Shown: positions 27,024-39,850, counted from the first letter of the whole stretch. The stretch: 63,650 nt of DNA, filler included, from Octopus bimaculoides (GCF_001194135.2; 6 parts of 4 records of this genome joined end to end with filler, not necessarily neighbours in it), one strand, 5' to 3'. A program made the numbers and translations. Notes: generated from the sequence alone by a model not told the origin.

Positions 27024-27281
27024 TAATATAATATAATATCATATAACACAGTATGATAATATAACATAACATAATAATATAATATAATATAATATAATAT
27101 AATATAATATAATATAATATAATATAATATAATATAATATAATATAATATAATATAATATAATATAATATAATATAATATAATATAATATAATATAATAT
27201 AATATAATATAATATAATATAATATAATATAATATAATATAATATAATATAATATAATATAATATAATATAATATAATATA
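27024..27281. repeat. (AATAT)n pentanucleotide microsatellite
   Basis: About 40 perfect units between two head-to-head SINEs. Confidence 0.95.
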
Positions 27282-27283
27282 TG

Positions 27284-27453
27284 TGGAGGCGCGTGGCTTA
27301 GTGGTTAGAGTGTCAGCATCATGATCGTAAGATTGTGGTTTCGATTCCTGGACCGGGCGACGCGTTGTGTTCTTGAGCAAAACACTTCATTTCACGTTGC
27401 TCCAGTGCACTCAGCTGTAGAAATGAGTTGTAATGTCACTGGTGCCAAGCTGT
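27284..27453 (+). mobile_element. tRNA-derived SINE family B, 3'-truncated
   Basis: TGGCTTAGTGGTTAG A-box, GGTTTCGATTCC B-box, then TTCTTGAGCAAAACACTTCATTTCACGTTGCTCCAGTGCACTCAGCTG. Confidence 0.88.
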
Positions 27454-28011
27454 GATATGGCATGATATAATAATATATAAAAAATATATAAAATAGTATA
27501 ATATGATATGATAATATATTCAAATATAATATAATAATATAGTAGAATATATACACACGTTGTTATGCACCAAATGTGTTTTGTTCAACAAGCAAGAAAA
27601 TGAGGTGAGGGACTTGACTTCACGATATACACAGAAATAGTGATAATTTAGTCCATTACTCTAGTTAATCCCAGTTAATGCCAGCAAAATTCATATATAC
27701 ACACACTCATGCACGCATACACACACGCGCGCGCATGCACACACACACACACACACATACGCAAGAAAGAGACAGAAAGAAAAACAAGAACGTAGATGAT
27801 CGAAGGCAAGTATAAGAAAGAATGGCAATTTTGAAGTTAAATAGATGACAAGAGAAATCGATAGATATAAACCGGGAGATAGGAAAATTGTTAGAGCCGT
27901 ATGTTGGTAGATAGAGAGATAACTATATAGACAAATAGATAACTAGACCGATAGACAAATATATTGATTGGAAGATGAACATGTAGATAGATAAATAGAT
28001 AGATACTTTAG

Positions 28012-28053
<42 letters not shown>

Positions 28054-28595
28054 TAGATAGATAAGGAGAGAGACAGATACATTAGTTAATATAGACACAA
28101 GCTCAGTGAGTTATATTAATTTGGCAGGAGGAGAAATGAAAACATTGACAAATTAAGTCACCTTCACAGATATTACACTGGCTGATAAGTGCGGTATACA
28201 AAGTAAACAAACAATTGGCTCCCACTTTGGTTACTGATTCTGTCTTCTTTTTTCATTTATTTATTTCTTTGTTGTTGTTGTTGTTAGCCAAGTCTCCTGG
28301 CTTTTGTGGCAAACCACCACTTTTCCCAGGGTGCTGCCCTTTCTTTCGTTTTCTCTCTTTTCCTTCCTCCCACTCTCTCTACCTGTCCGTTACTGAGATT
28401 GATGTCTGTTTACCTGGCCACGTTTGAAGTAGATTACAGTCCATTAAGTCATTAGCAGGGAGGAATTAGGCGAAAAGGAAACAACAACAACAAACAAACA
28501 CACAAACATTACCAAAAGTAAAATAAAATAAAACAAACTACAAAGCAATGCAACACAAAGCGCAGTGACCACTACTCCTCCTCCTCCTCCTCCTC

Positions 28596-28652
<57 letters not shown>

Positions 28653-28849
28653 GTACACAACAATCTATGACAAACAAAAGTAACAGAAACAAATGCTGCA
28701 TCAATAACAACAATACATCATCATCGTGATCATCATCATCATCATCATCAACACAGTCATCAAATTAATACGGAGAGCAAACATACACGAAGACACCTAG
28801 GAAGAAGACAAGGGATACATATATGCATTAATGGATCTCACAGCAATCC

Positions 28850-28907
<58 letters not shown>

Positions 28908-28986
28908 CAAATATTAAAGATAGATCGAATTACATTAATCATCACCTGATAAATTATAATTGAAGGCTTTTTAGTTATATTTCATT

Positions 28987-29076
<90 letters not shown>

Positions 29077-29496
29077 ATTATCTTCATCAGTATCATCATC
29101 AACATCATTTCGGGTCAGTTCAGTATATATGTTTTGTAATTAGCTAGAACAGAAGAAAAGAGAGAGAGTGATTTAAAAAAAAAAAATTGAGTAAAAATGA
29201 GTGACTGAGATTGACAAGATCCATGAAAATACTCTCGTACAACACTGGATATTAGCCATAATATGTACTGAGTTCCTATAACATTTTCTATTTATTTCAT
29301 ACGAAAATCTGAATAAATTATGCTAGTCAAGGGAATCCCAATACTTGGAATATGGATACTTGCTATCTTTTATTCTTTCAGCTTTTCTTTAACTTTAGCT
29401 GCTTCATCATTCAGTGAAGAATATTGTTTTAACCACAGGATAGCTCTGATTGTAATGGATCTGTGAGAAAAGGTGTTCCAGCCATGACCATTTGTC

Positions 29497-29826
29497 TTGA
29501 AACTTCGGATACTGGTTGAATGTATCAGAGGTTTTTCTATTCTGTATATAAAAAAGTTTGGCTACTTTTTCTAGCAGGTCATGCAACCACATACAGGCTC
29601 CGTCGTTGGTCTGTCTCAGTAATACTTTTGTAAAAATAATGAACCGGAAGTTGTTCGTAAACAGCAGCAGTAACTTTCTTCGACTGAATACACGTCATTG
29701 AATGGTTAAAATTACCTAAACACAACTTTAAACACGAAATAACTTCTAAAGTACAAAGTTTTGGCAAAAACGCTGAGAGTAAACCGTGTTCTACGTGACA
29801 CATTCAACCAGTATCCGAAGTTTCAA
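29497..29826. repeat. Perfect 27-bp inverted repeat pair (29497-29523 / 29800-29826), MITE-like
   Basis: TTGAAACTTCGGATACTGGTTGAATGT and its exact reverse complement, 276 nt apart. Confidence 0.85.
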
Positions 29827-30327
29827 AGTGTTTAGTTTCAAAAAATTAATGAAAATATCTGTGCTTGAGATTGAACAGATCCCTTGACGGATACACTATT
29901 TTACCGATGAAGCAAGAACATAAAAACCTGAAGGGATGCCTCTAAGCATTTTGTTCGACATGCTAACGATTCTGCCACATAGCTTTATATATCTCATTCC
30001 TGCAGTAAAAGAGCTTAGATTTCAGTAATTTAGCAATATAAATCCGAGAGGCATCTATACTAATATAAAGATAAATACCTGGAAGTTATTACGAGAACGT
30101 TTCTTCGCGTAAGGTTTTTAGTGAAGGGCTCAATAAATGAATAAACAAATTTTAAGACGTGTAAGGTTAATTTATGACACCAACACTTGATAAGAACTAA
30201 ATTTTATCGACACTAAAATAATGAAAGCTAAGGTTGACGTCGGCAGGATTTGAACTCAAAATGTAAAGAGCCAGACCAAATACCACACAGAATTTTTTCC
30301 GGAGAACTAACGATTCTGGAAACAATA

Positions 30328-30650
30328 TTTGCTTCCAGCAATCTGGATTTGGGTTCAGTTCCATTGTACTGCGCTTAGAGCAAGCGTCTTCTACTATAGA
30401 CCCAGGCTGGCAAAAATCTTGAGTGGATTTGGTTGATGAAAACTGATGCCCGTTGTATGTAGGCGCACCCCACCCCACATGTGTGTGTGTGTGTGTGTTT
30501 GGTGCAGTATTTATTCCCCAGCCCCAGAGAATAACAAACGGTTTTGATTTGTTTACATCTCCTAACTTAGCAGTTTGGCAAAAGAAACCAACAGAATAAG
30601 TACCAGACTTAAAAGATAAGTATTCAGTTAAAACTGAAACAAGTAAAAGA
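30328..30650 (+). mobile_element. SINE family D, diverged
   Basis: Head, microsatellite and tail recognisable. Confidence 0.82.
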
Positions 30651-30710
30651 TGAACGGTAAAAGAAAAAAGAAAAAAGGAAATACATATAATATATATAGA
30701 TATAAACCTA

Positions 30711-30894
30711 TTCTTTTATTCTTTTATTTGCTTCAGTCATTTGACTGCTGCCATGCTGGAGCACCGCCTTTAGTCGAACAAATCAACCCCAGGACTTATT
30801 CTTTGTAAGCTTAAGACTTATTCTATCGGTCTCTTTTGCCGAACCGCTAATGTACGGGGTCATAAACACACCAAACATCGGTTGTCAAGCGATG
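30711..30894 (-). mobile_element. SINE family D 3' half, tail-to-tail with the preceding copy
   Basis: CAGTCATTTGACTGCTGCCATGCTGGAGCACCGCC...; runs into an N gap. Confidence 0.88.
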
Positions 30895-31199
30895 GNNNNN
30901 NNNNNNNNNNNNNNNNNNNNNNNNNNNNNNNNNNNNNNNNNNNNNNNNNNNNNNNNNNNNNNNNNNNNNNNNNNNNNNNNNNNNNNNNNNNNNNNNNNNN
31001 NNNNNNNNNNNNNNNNNNNNNNNNNNNNNNNNNNNNNNNNNNNNNNNNNNNNNNNNNNNNNNNNNNNNNNNNNNNNNNNNNNNNNNNNNNNNNNNNNNNA
31101 TAAGAAAAAAACATATATAATAACAGATAATAACTTTATTTATCAAAAATTCTCTGAGGATAAAAATAAACCTTCTTTTCTATAATGTTATTCAATAAA

Positions 31200-31617
31200 G
31201 CCATCTTCAGCATTTCTGACGACTCCTGACATATGGAGATGTTTTGCAATTGACCTCATGGAATTTCCGGGATTGTAATCAATGGTCTGTTGAACTTGCT
31301 GGATAAATTCTGGTGCTCTGATGATTTCAGAGCGTTTAGAATGCTTTTTATGCTTTGATACGGGTGATACATTTCCATCTTCAGTCTCTAACTCCTTACG
31401 AACTTTGTAGACGAAAGATCTGGCAACTTTAAAAAATTGAGATATTTCTAAATCGCTATGCTCAGCCGTTATAACTACGATAACAGCAAGCCTCTTCATT
31501 TCTTGAGTAAGCTGAGGGCATGCCATTATTATTTTCTGAAACAAAGATTATACAGAATTAGCAAAAATGCAGCAATGACCAAAAAAAGTTATGTCCTCAA
31601 ACACCTTACGCACCCCG
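31200..31617 (-). mobile_element. maT/DD37D-like (Tc1/mariner superfamily) 5' end and transposase N-terminus
   Basis: KRLAVIVVITAEHSDLEISQFFKVARSFVYKVRKELE...EFIQQVQQTIDYNPGNSMRSIAKHLHMS (paired HTH). The terminus reads TA|CGGGGTG on minus at 31619-31611. Subfamily is inference. Confidence 0.75.
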
Positions 31618-32002
31618 TATATAAATATAAAGGGTTGGCCAAAAGTCACCCGAGAGTAAATCAAAATTCCATAAATACTATCTGTAATTCTGTATTGACT
31701 TGAATGGAAAAATGTGTCGCTCAAGAACGACTTCAGTTTGAACAATTTTTATGATGTTTCATATTTAGATGCTTTTCTTAAATTCATTCAGTTGTTAAAC
31801 ATAAATAAATCTTGGAATTAAATTGTTTTGATTTATATATATAATATTTGGGTATTATCTCATAACATGCATTTCAAAGCTTCTATATAGTTATCGACTA
31901 ATATATGCCATCATACAGCAGGATTACGCCTTTTACTGGATATACATATTGAACTCCGTTGGTGTATGCAGAATATGTAGCAATGATATCAAAGTTACTC
32001 AC

Positions 32003-32057
32003 CTGACGACGTGCTGGTACACAACAACAACTGGAGCACATTTATTTATGTAATTAT
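32003..32057 (-). CDS. Candidate 55-nt host exon; product unknown (MCSSCCCVPARRQ or xNYINKCAPVVVVYQHVV)
   Basis: TTATTTTACAG| acceptor and CAG|GTGAGT donor on minus, in sequence I did not recognise as repetitive, with a local GC rise. Two readings are open. Confidence 0.5.
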
Positions 32058-32178
32058 CTGTAAAATAATTTATGTAATAGTATTATGTTGAAAACTCAAT
32101 AATAAACAGCTGATAACCATTGCACAGAAACACAGAAACACTTATAAAGCCAGTTCATTCCATCTTCTTGCTTTATAA

Positions 32179-32246
<68 letters not shown>

Positions 32247-32279
32247 GTCTGTGTGTCTGTCTGTCCGTCTGCCCGTCTG

Positions 32280-32314
<35 letters not shown>

Positions 32315-35109
32315 GACTATCTTTCGTCTTTGACTTGTTTCAGTCACTAGACTACGGCCCAGCTGGGGTGTTGCCTTCAAGAATTTTAGTTGAACGAATT
32401 GATCTTATTTTATTTTAAGCGTGATACAGAAATCGGGGTGAAATGTGTTAATATACCATTTCACGACTACCCGAAAATCACCCAGAGGGCAGTCTTTCTG
32501 CTAGTTTATATAAACGAAATGATAAAAAAATAAGAAAAAAAAAAAGGAAAAGGAAAAGAGAAAAAGAAATGCAAGGCATTCATATCAAAAGAAATGTCAT
32601 TTAATTCTGGCAGTTGGCCGAGTGGCTATGAAGTTCAAGCCGCAATCATGAAGCTTAGATTTAGTTGTCAGTTATCGCGGGTGAGTATCTTTTATCATAA
32701 CCTCAGGGTGACACCTGAGCTTCTTTGGTGACCGCCCTCATTGATTTTACGAAAACACCATGGATAATGTTTTGATTCTGTTAGATGAATTGCGGTATCC
32801 GAATGTTTGATCCAGTTTACACATCCACACTAAAAGCTTCCAGTTTCATCCGAACTTTGTGTACGAAGGATCTTGTAACATTGGTAATTTCTAAATCGCT
32901 GTTCTGCACACATGGCAACAATCACTGCCTGTCTTTTCATTTCTTGTTATTTATCTACCAAGAATGATTTGGAAGAAATAAAACCATTTTGATTTGAAGA
33001 GAGTAATATACTAATAATTAAGTGTCCTCAAATACCCCTTACCCGTGCCCTATAAATAGATAAATAGTTTGATAGGAAAGTAGATATATGAAAAAAAACT
33101 AATGCATAATATAACTATCTCCTCTCTGATTGGGTGTGAGTTGGTTATTCTAGCGCAGTCAAGAATACATGTAAAATAATCCCACATTCAAATGTAGTGG
33201 AGGTGAGGGCGGGAGATGCCGTCACTAACAAATTCACCTGAGATTTTTATTTCTTTTTCAAATTATCCTGGTGTAGATATTTCAGTTACCAGCCCCCTCA
33301 TTCAACTGACGTCCCGGAAATCTAAACATCAGGTTGCTCTTGTTTTTTTTCTTTGTTTTTTTATTTTTTAGTAGAGTCCAATCTATTGTAGGTACTCGTG
33401 TCATATTTCGGTACCAGAAACGATGTTCTCCCCACTAAACAGTAGTTACAGAGGCCCCTAGAAGTATAATTGAGGCCACACTTTCGACAAAACGATGAAG
33501 AACTTATGGCTGCCACAACAGCTGTTACCTCGTCACTTGGGTATTAAAATACTCATGATACAATGTATTTATATTTGTTTATCATAATTGCTATAATAAT
33601 TAGTTTCTGTATTATATGTGTTGTGTTAGCATGAATCTGTTTCCCACGAACCAGTGATAAATTTTCGAGGTAGTCGCTTGTATTGGAAGAAATAAAGGAC
33701 AAACTTTTAACTCTCTCATATAGAACCTAAATATCTTAGATAATTAAATATAACATGGGAGGATATATATGTTAATACAGCTTCAGGTAAATTGTGTCTT
33801 AAAAATCAAATGGGATTGATATTGTTGGGATATCTTCAACTATGATCGAAGGTAGGTCTCTTCGATCAGCGATGCCCTATTACTACAAAACAATTACAAC
33901 ATCAAAAGCAGCAACAAACAGACTTATGTTACTGACATAAAATTAAAAGAGATAAATTATCATTAATCATTGGTATTGATTAAAATCAAGGATTACCGAT
34001 CAACCACTTACCAATCACAAATTCACAAATTATATTCTACAGTGCCTGTTACTTCGATGGGATGATCTTACTTCTAGCAAACTATTTGGAATTGAGCCAG
34101 AGGTATGTAATATATTCAGAGTTAGGTCGATAGCCAATCAGGGCCTCCTCGATCACTATTACTCAATGTATAGTTCTAACGAACCTCATTGAATAAGGAC
34201 CGCTCACTGATATGTACATATACATACATGCATACACACACACACATGCGTATATACATATATGCATGCATACATACTTGCATACATACATACATACATA
34301 CGTACGTACATACATACGTGTGTGTGTGTGTGTGTGTGTGTGCATGGGTGTGTGTATGTGTCTATGTGTGTGCGCGCGCATGTATATGTACATATGTATA
34401 CACTAGCAAAATATACACCAGCTAACAAATACTAACAAATAGCCAAACATCTTTGTCTAGACTAACTAATATTTACATATACGTGTATACTAATGAATAT
34501 ATGTATGTGGTGCCGCAGCATGGCAACAGCCTTAGGGCTGATATGTATAAAAGAATTAAAGAATATATTCATACATACACACACGCACACACACATATTT
34601 TCACTAAGCTGTATATAACATGTACATATATACTAACCAAATATATACCTACATATACACTGACGAACTTACACGTATATAGAAACCAATATATACAGTA
34701 CATATATCCTGAGAAGGCAGGTCTCCTGTTTAGTTAACTAGTACTAATTGGGGTTTTCACAAATGCCCAAGGTCACACGAGAACTTATTCTAAAACGTTT
34801 ACCGTACAATTTCATTGTTCTTATCTATTGCAGTACTGCTATTGAATATCCCACACTTCACTAAGTCTATAAAGTATGTAAATTTTTCTTTCTTTAAATA
34901 TAAACGAGCTTTATAATCCTCACTGCTGGCGCTCAGAATTTTTATATATTTATCTGTCACGCTTAAACAGTCAGTCACAAAACAACAGCTTGAGAAGCCG
35001 AACGAAACTTTTCTCACGGTTAATAACATCCTTTAGATTTTGTTAATCAAGTTGTCAAACCAAATGTTACCAGCTTCATTTCATGTAGCTAAATTTATAT
35101 GTACATACA

Positions 35110-35160
<51 letters not shown>

Positions 35161-35281
35161 AATAATTAAAATTCAGTTGAATTAGGTACTTAAGTTGAAG
35201 CACCAAGTCAGTCCGGTATTATCCGCACAGCTCGAAATAAGGTGAGTAAAATCAAAATAAGGAACAGGATATCAAGTAGGA

Positions 35282-35369
35282 ATGCAGTACGACTGTTTCA
35301 AGAAGATCCTTTTAATTGAACAATGCAATCATTACATCAATTTAAATACAATGCTATCTTCAGCTGCAC
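35282..35369 (-). ncRNA. Type I hammerhead ribozyme motif (left arm of inverted pair)
   Basis: GTGCAG-CTGAAGA-[57-nt stem II region]-GAAAC-AGTC-GTA-CTGCAT on minus. Stem I GUGCAG/CUGCAU. Confidence 0.65.
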
Positions 35370-36417
35370 AAAATATAGAATTTTTTAACAAGTAGTACAC
35401 ATTAATATTATGCCAGATACTTATACTATATTCATATAAGCGTATAAATATTTGTGTATATGTATATATATGCATATATGCACATATATATATATGTGTG
35501 CGTGTGTGTGCATGTGTATATATGTAAAAAAAATTCTTTGTATATGTATCTGTATGCATTATTTTACACTTTACATATACTTATATCAGCACATATTTTT
35601 CGAATATTTATATTCTTTATACTTTAGATTTTTGATTTTTGTTTAAATGTGTCTATGTATTACCATTATCTCAATATCCCGCTTCTGATTCATGGCTTAA
35701 AATGAATAGATAGAATGTAAATCTTTTCAGATATTCCATATGTAAGTGGGTGAGCAGTCTTTATAGAAACCACCTAATAATTAATTAATTAAGTTCAAGA
35801 ATGCTATTAAACTGACTCTACATAATCTTTCTTAATGTTTATAATTGATACATACACATCTTTTAGCTATTTTGGTCATGACATTTTTTGGAATTCTTTT
35901 AAATATTATTTTTATATAACAATATTGTTTATAAACGTCCCTCCATCGTGCCCCGAATAAATTTTCCCTGTATTAGCATCTGATGTTTCTTAGTCTCTTG
36001 CCCCTTAACTGGTAGTTAACACTATGATTTAAAGTCTACCCCTATCCTGCCTCTTTTTTATAGACAGTTACTTCTATCAAATTGACACTTCCTAATGTTT
36101 TATTTCCTTTATCTTGGGGAAAAGGATACCTATAATAATATTTATGACCATACCTCTTGTTTTTTATTCAAAATAGACACAGTCTTCTAGTTTCAGATTC
36201 AATGGCTGATAAAGAGACAAATAAATTAGAAATGAATTACAACCCTTACAACCATATGACCCTACTACGCTCCATGCGATTCTAAGAAATTGTAGTCTAT
36301 TCTTAGCCACTTTGCCACAATAGCGACAACATGAATTTCTTCCAGTTTCTTACTCTGTTAAAATATTTAAGAAAAATTATATTACTGTGTCCTACTTGTT
36401 AAAAAATTCTGTATTTT

Positions 36418-36505
36418 GTGCAGCTGAAGATAGAACTGCATTCAAATTTATGTAATGATTGCATTGTTCAATTAAATGGAGCTGCTTGAAACGATCGTAC
36501 TGCAT
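36418..36505 (+). ncRNA. Type I hammerhead ribozyme motif (right arm of inverted pair)
   Basis: GTGCAG 36418-23, CTGAAGA 36424-30, GAAAC 36488-92, palindromic ACGATCGT, GTA 36497-99, CTGCAT 36500-05. Confidence 0.7.
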
Positions 36506-36812
36506 TACTACTTGATATCCTGTTGCTTATTTTGATTATATATATATATCGTTGCTATCATGCAAAAGTGTCGTAAGTCGAAAACGTTGCTTTTTCAGAA
36601 AACGAATAAATAGTTTCACCATTTCATAGCAAAACCGTTATACTGCACCTTGAAAATTTTTGATATCTTGGCATCTGGAGCAGCCGCAGATATAATAGTT
36701 TGATATAATATAATATTGGGAAAAAAGAAAAGCATTTGGCCAATTTTGCACATACGACAGTTTAACATAACAGCAACGACACACATATATATATATGTAT
36801 GTATGCGTACAT

Positions 36813-36910
<98 letters not shown>

Positions 36911-37069
36911 ATAAATATAGTTGTGCGTTTCAGCAGTTCGCTTCCAAACCATGTAATTCTGGGTTCGTTCACTGTCATAAATTACGCAGTGTTCTCATGT
37001 AACCTTGTCTTGCATGATGCCTTTTGAGTGGAATGTGGTCGATGTAAACAATGTGGAAGCCCCTATCTG

Positions 37070-37102
<33 letters not shown>

Positions 37103-38290
37103 GATTAATGTTTTCCCCCCACCCCACCCCTCACTGTATAAAATTTTCTTGTTAAGTCTTTAATACTCTCTGCATTTTAACACTAGCTTAACTGCGGATG
37201 ACGTCCCTGAATTATTTATTTCTCTTAGCTATTATAACACAAATTAATCAAGAAGTTGGAGGCCATATAAGATAATCAACATATTATGAAATTCATACTG
37301 TATAATTTCATATTCAGATTGGACATATAACACACAGTTGAATCATTTGCGGGCAGTGGATTGACAGACTCGTGTGAGCATCCGTAAACGCTTTCCGGTA
37401 TTTGATCATGCTCTTTACTTCCTGGTTTCAAATTTTGCTGAGATTAATTAGGTCTTTCATCCTTTCAGGGTCGTTAAAATAAAGTACTAGTTAAGTACGG
37501 AGATTGATTGTATCGACCAACTTCCTCGTACGCAGTTACTGGCCTTCTGCTTAAAATTGAAACAATATACACTTGAAATGTTAGAGACCAGATAATAATT
37601 TTTAAATGCCAACTTATTAATCCAACAGAGATATTCTGCAAAAGAATAATAAACTGCAAGCTGGCTCTTAGAAACATGATAAGGAAACGTAAGTCTAAAC
37701 ATTTGCACTCTAGAAATTCGAGATTGTTCTGTTGACTCAATAAATAAGACAGTCGAGAAAAAATTTCGATATTTAATATTGACTGATATTCTTCCTTTAC
37801 TGTCACAGCTGGTTGCCTGAAAAGAGTGACAGTTTAAAAGATGAAAGAGCTATGAGTATATATTCTCTCTCCAGTACTATGACCGTAGTTTTCAGTTCGC
37901 TTATCTATAGGCTGTAGCTACCATGAAGTGCTAATGTTCTGTGTCACAAACAATTGCTTCATTCGTTAGCTTTCACTGATTAAGTGATCAATGTCACGTG
38001 AGAAACTTACGCTTTTATTGTACTTTATTAAAGGGTTGGCAGTTGTACTTCAGTGCCGCAATATCTTGAGATTTCGTATAAATTCCATGTATGCCAGGAC
38101 ACATTCCATTAGTTGTGAAGAATCAGAAATATTCCAATTTCACAACTTTGGAGAGAAGGGTATAATCTATTTACAGAGTTATTGCTAACGAGTTGGTCAA
38201 TGGTAAAAGAGGTTCCAATCCCGATCATCCTATCTTTCCTTTCTTTTTTTACATATAATGTATTTAGTATTGTACTCTTTTATCTCTTAA

Positions 38291-38698
38291 CTTTTACTTG
38301 TGTCAATCATTAGACTGCGGTCATGCTGGGGCACCGTCTTGAAGTATTTTTAGTCGAATTTATCAACCCAAATACTTATCTTTTTTTCAAGGCTGGTACT
38401 TATTCCATCGACCTCGTTTGCCGAACCGTTAAGCGACGGAACATAAACACACCACCATCGATTGTCAAGCAGTGGTGGTGGGGACAAACACAGACACAAA
38501 GACGCACACACATAGATATATACATACATATTATACAACGAGCTTCTTTCAATTTCCGTCTACCAATTCCACTCACAAGGCTTTGGTCGGTTCGAGGCTA
38601 TATTAGAAAACACTTGCCCAAGGTTTCACGCAGTAGGACTGAACTTGGAACCATGTGGTTGGGAAGCAAGCTTCTTACCACAAAGCCACACCTGTACC
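38291..38698 (-). mobile_element. Near full-length SINE family D
   Basis: Reverse match to 9486-9950 over head, body and tail. Confidence 0.92.
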
Positions 38699-39289
38699 TA
38701 AAAAAAAAAAACTGGTATATTGAAACCATTTTCGTTGTTTAAAATTCGAAATCCGCTGGACTGGGTTTTGTTTCGATTTTCCCCTGATCGATAAGAAAAT
38801 CAATGAAATCAGTCATCGATTTGTATTTCGGTGGCACTTGCGCATTACTCAATATCTTTCTATATATGTGGTTTTAAGCTATTAATATTATTATTTGAGG
38901 GAAATTTTGGTGACCTTCCCTAAAAGTTAAACAGACACGTAGAGGTGTCCTCATTAATCCATTATTAAATATGAGCCTTTGTGTCCTTAATGACGCGTGG
39001 TCTGGTGTTTTAGGCGTTGGATCACTATCATTAGACCGTGTGTTCGATTCCCGGACCAAACGATGAGTTGTATCTCTGATCAAATGCATTCTATTAGTGA
39101 ACATTCTGTCTTGAAGTGGCATGCAGCATTCCGTCAGGTAGTGCATCCATTTGTGATTTCATGGTGTACAGATGCAGTAGACCAGCATCAAACTCATTTC
39201 CAATATTCGGCTGAGGTAGAAATCCTCTTTCATGCTGGTGAATCATGCGGAACATCACATCACGCTGCGCAAGACTGGAAAAGTAGAAG

Positions 39290-39850
39290 TAATTAACGCC
39301 TTGCAACTGTTTCTGGGATATCCCAAATGATGGGCCAACATCTCCATATACTGGCTATACCGTCATCAGAGACAGGGTGTGTATGTAGGAAAGTTCCAGA
39401 AAGAGAATTCACAGTATATAAAGTATAAAACAGTAGATAGAATAATAAAGACAGAAGAATAAAGTTCACCGTTGATTTTGTTCCAGAGGGTATGGTTGTT
39501 AGTCCGTACTTCCGTGTAAGTATAGCCCCTTAAGTATCTTCCTTAATCTATTCCCTCAGTCTGAATGCAACATTCAAAACACTGCCTGGATTTACCTGGG
39601 ATTATACTTAAGGGACTATGCTTACACGGAAGTACGGACTAACCTCCATAACTCCTGAAACAAGATGAACTGTGAACTTTATTCTTTTGTCTTTATTCTT
39701 CCATCTACTGTTTGATTCTTTTATATTCTGTAAATTCTGTCAGGAACTTTCCTACATACACACTCTGTCTCTGATGACGGTATAGCCGTTCTATGGAGAT
39801 GTTGATCCATCAACTGGGATATCTCAAAAACAGTTGTAAGACGTTAATTA
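39290..39850. repeat. 561-bp foldback (arms 39290-39537 / 39604-39850, 66-nt spacer) with an HHR motif at each outer end
   Basis: Arms are reverse complements (e.g. GTTAGTCCGTACTTCCGTGTAAG / CTTACACGGAAGTACGGACTAAC). HHR motifs at 39297-39374 (-) and 39766-39843 (+). Confidence 0.92.

Larger units (their letters stand above)
35250..36537. repeat. 157-bp inverted repeat pair (35250-35406 / 36381-36537)
   Basis: Arms align end to end in reverse complement, roughly 85% identical by eye. Confidence 0.92.

Noticed and set aside
28161-28430. Purine-rich segment with splice-like ends
   Set aside because: There are stops in all minus frames. It could be UTR, but nothing supports that.
38874-39306. 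Possible mariner fragment (VLKWHAAFRQ)
   Set aside because: It is a single weak motif with no further transposase signature.
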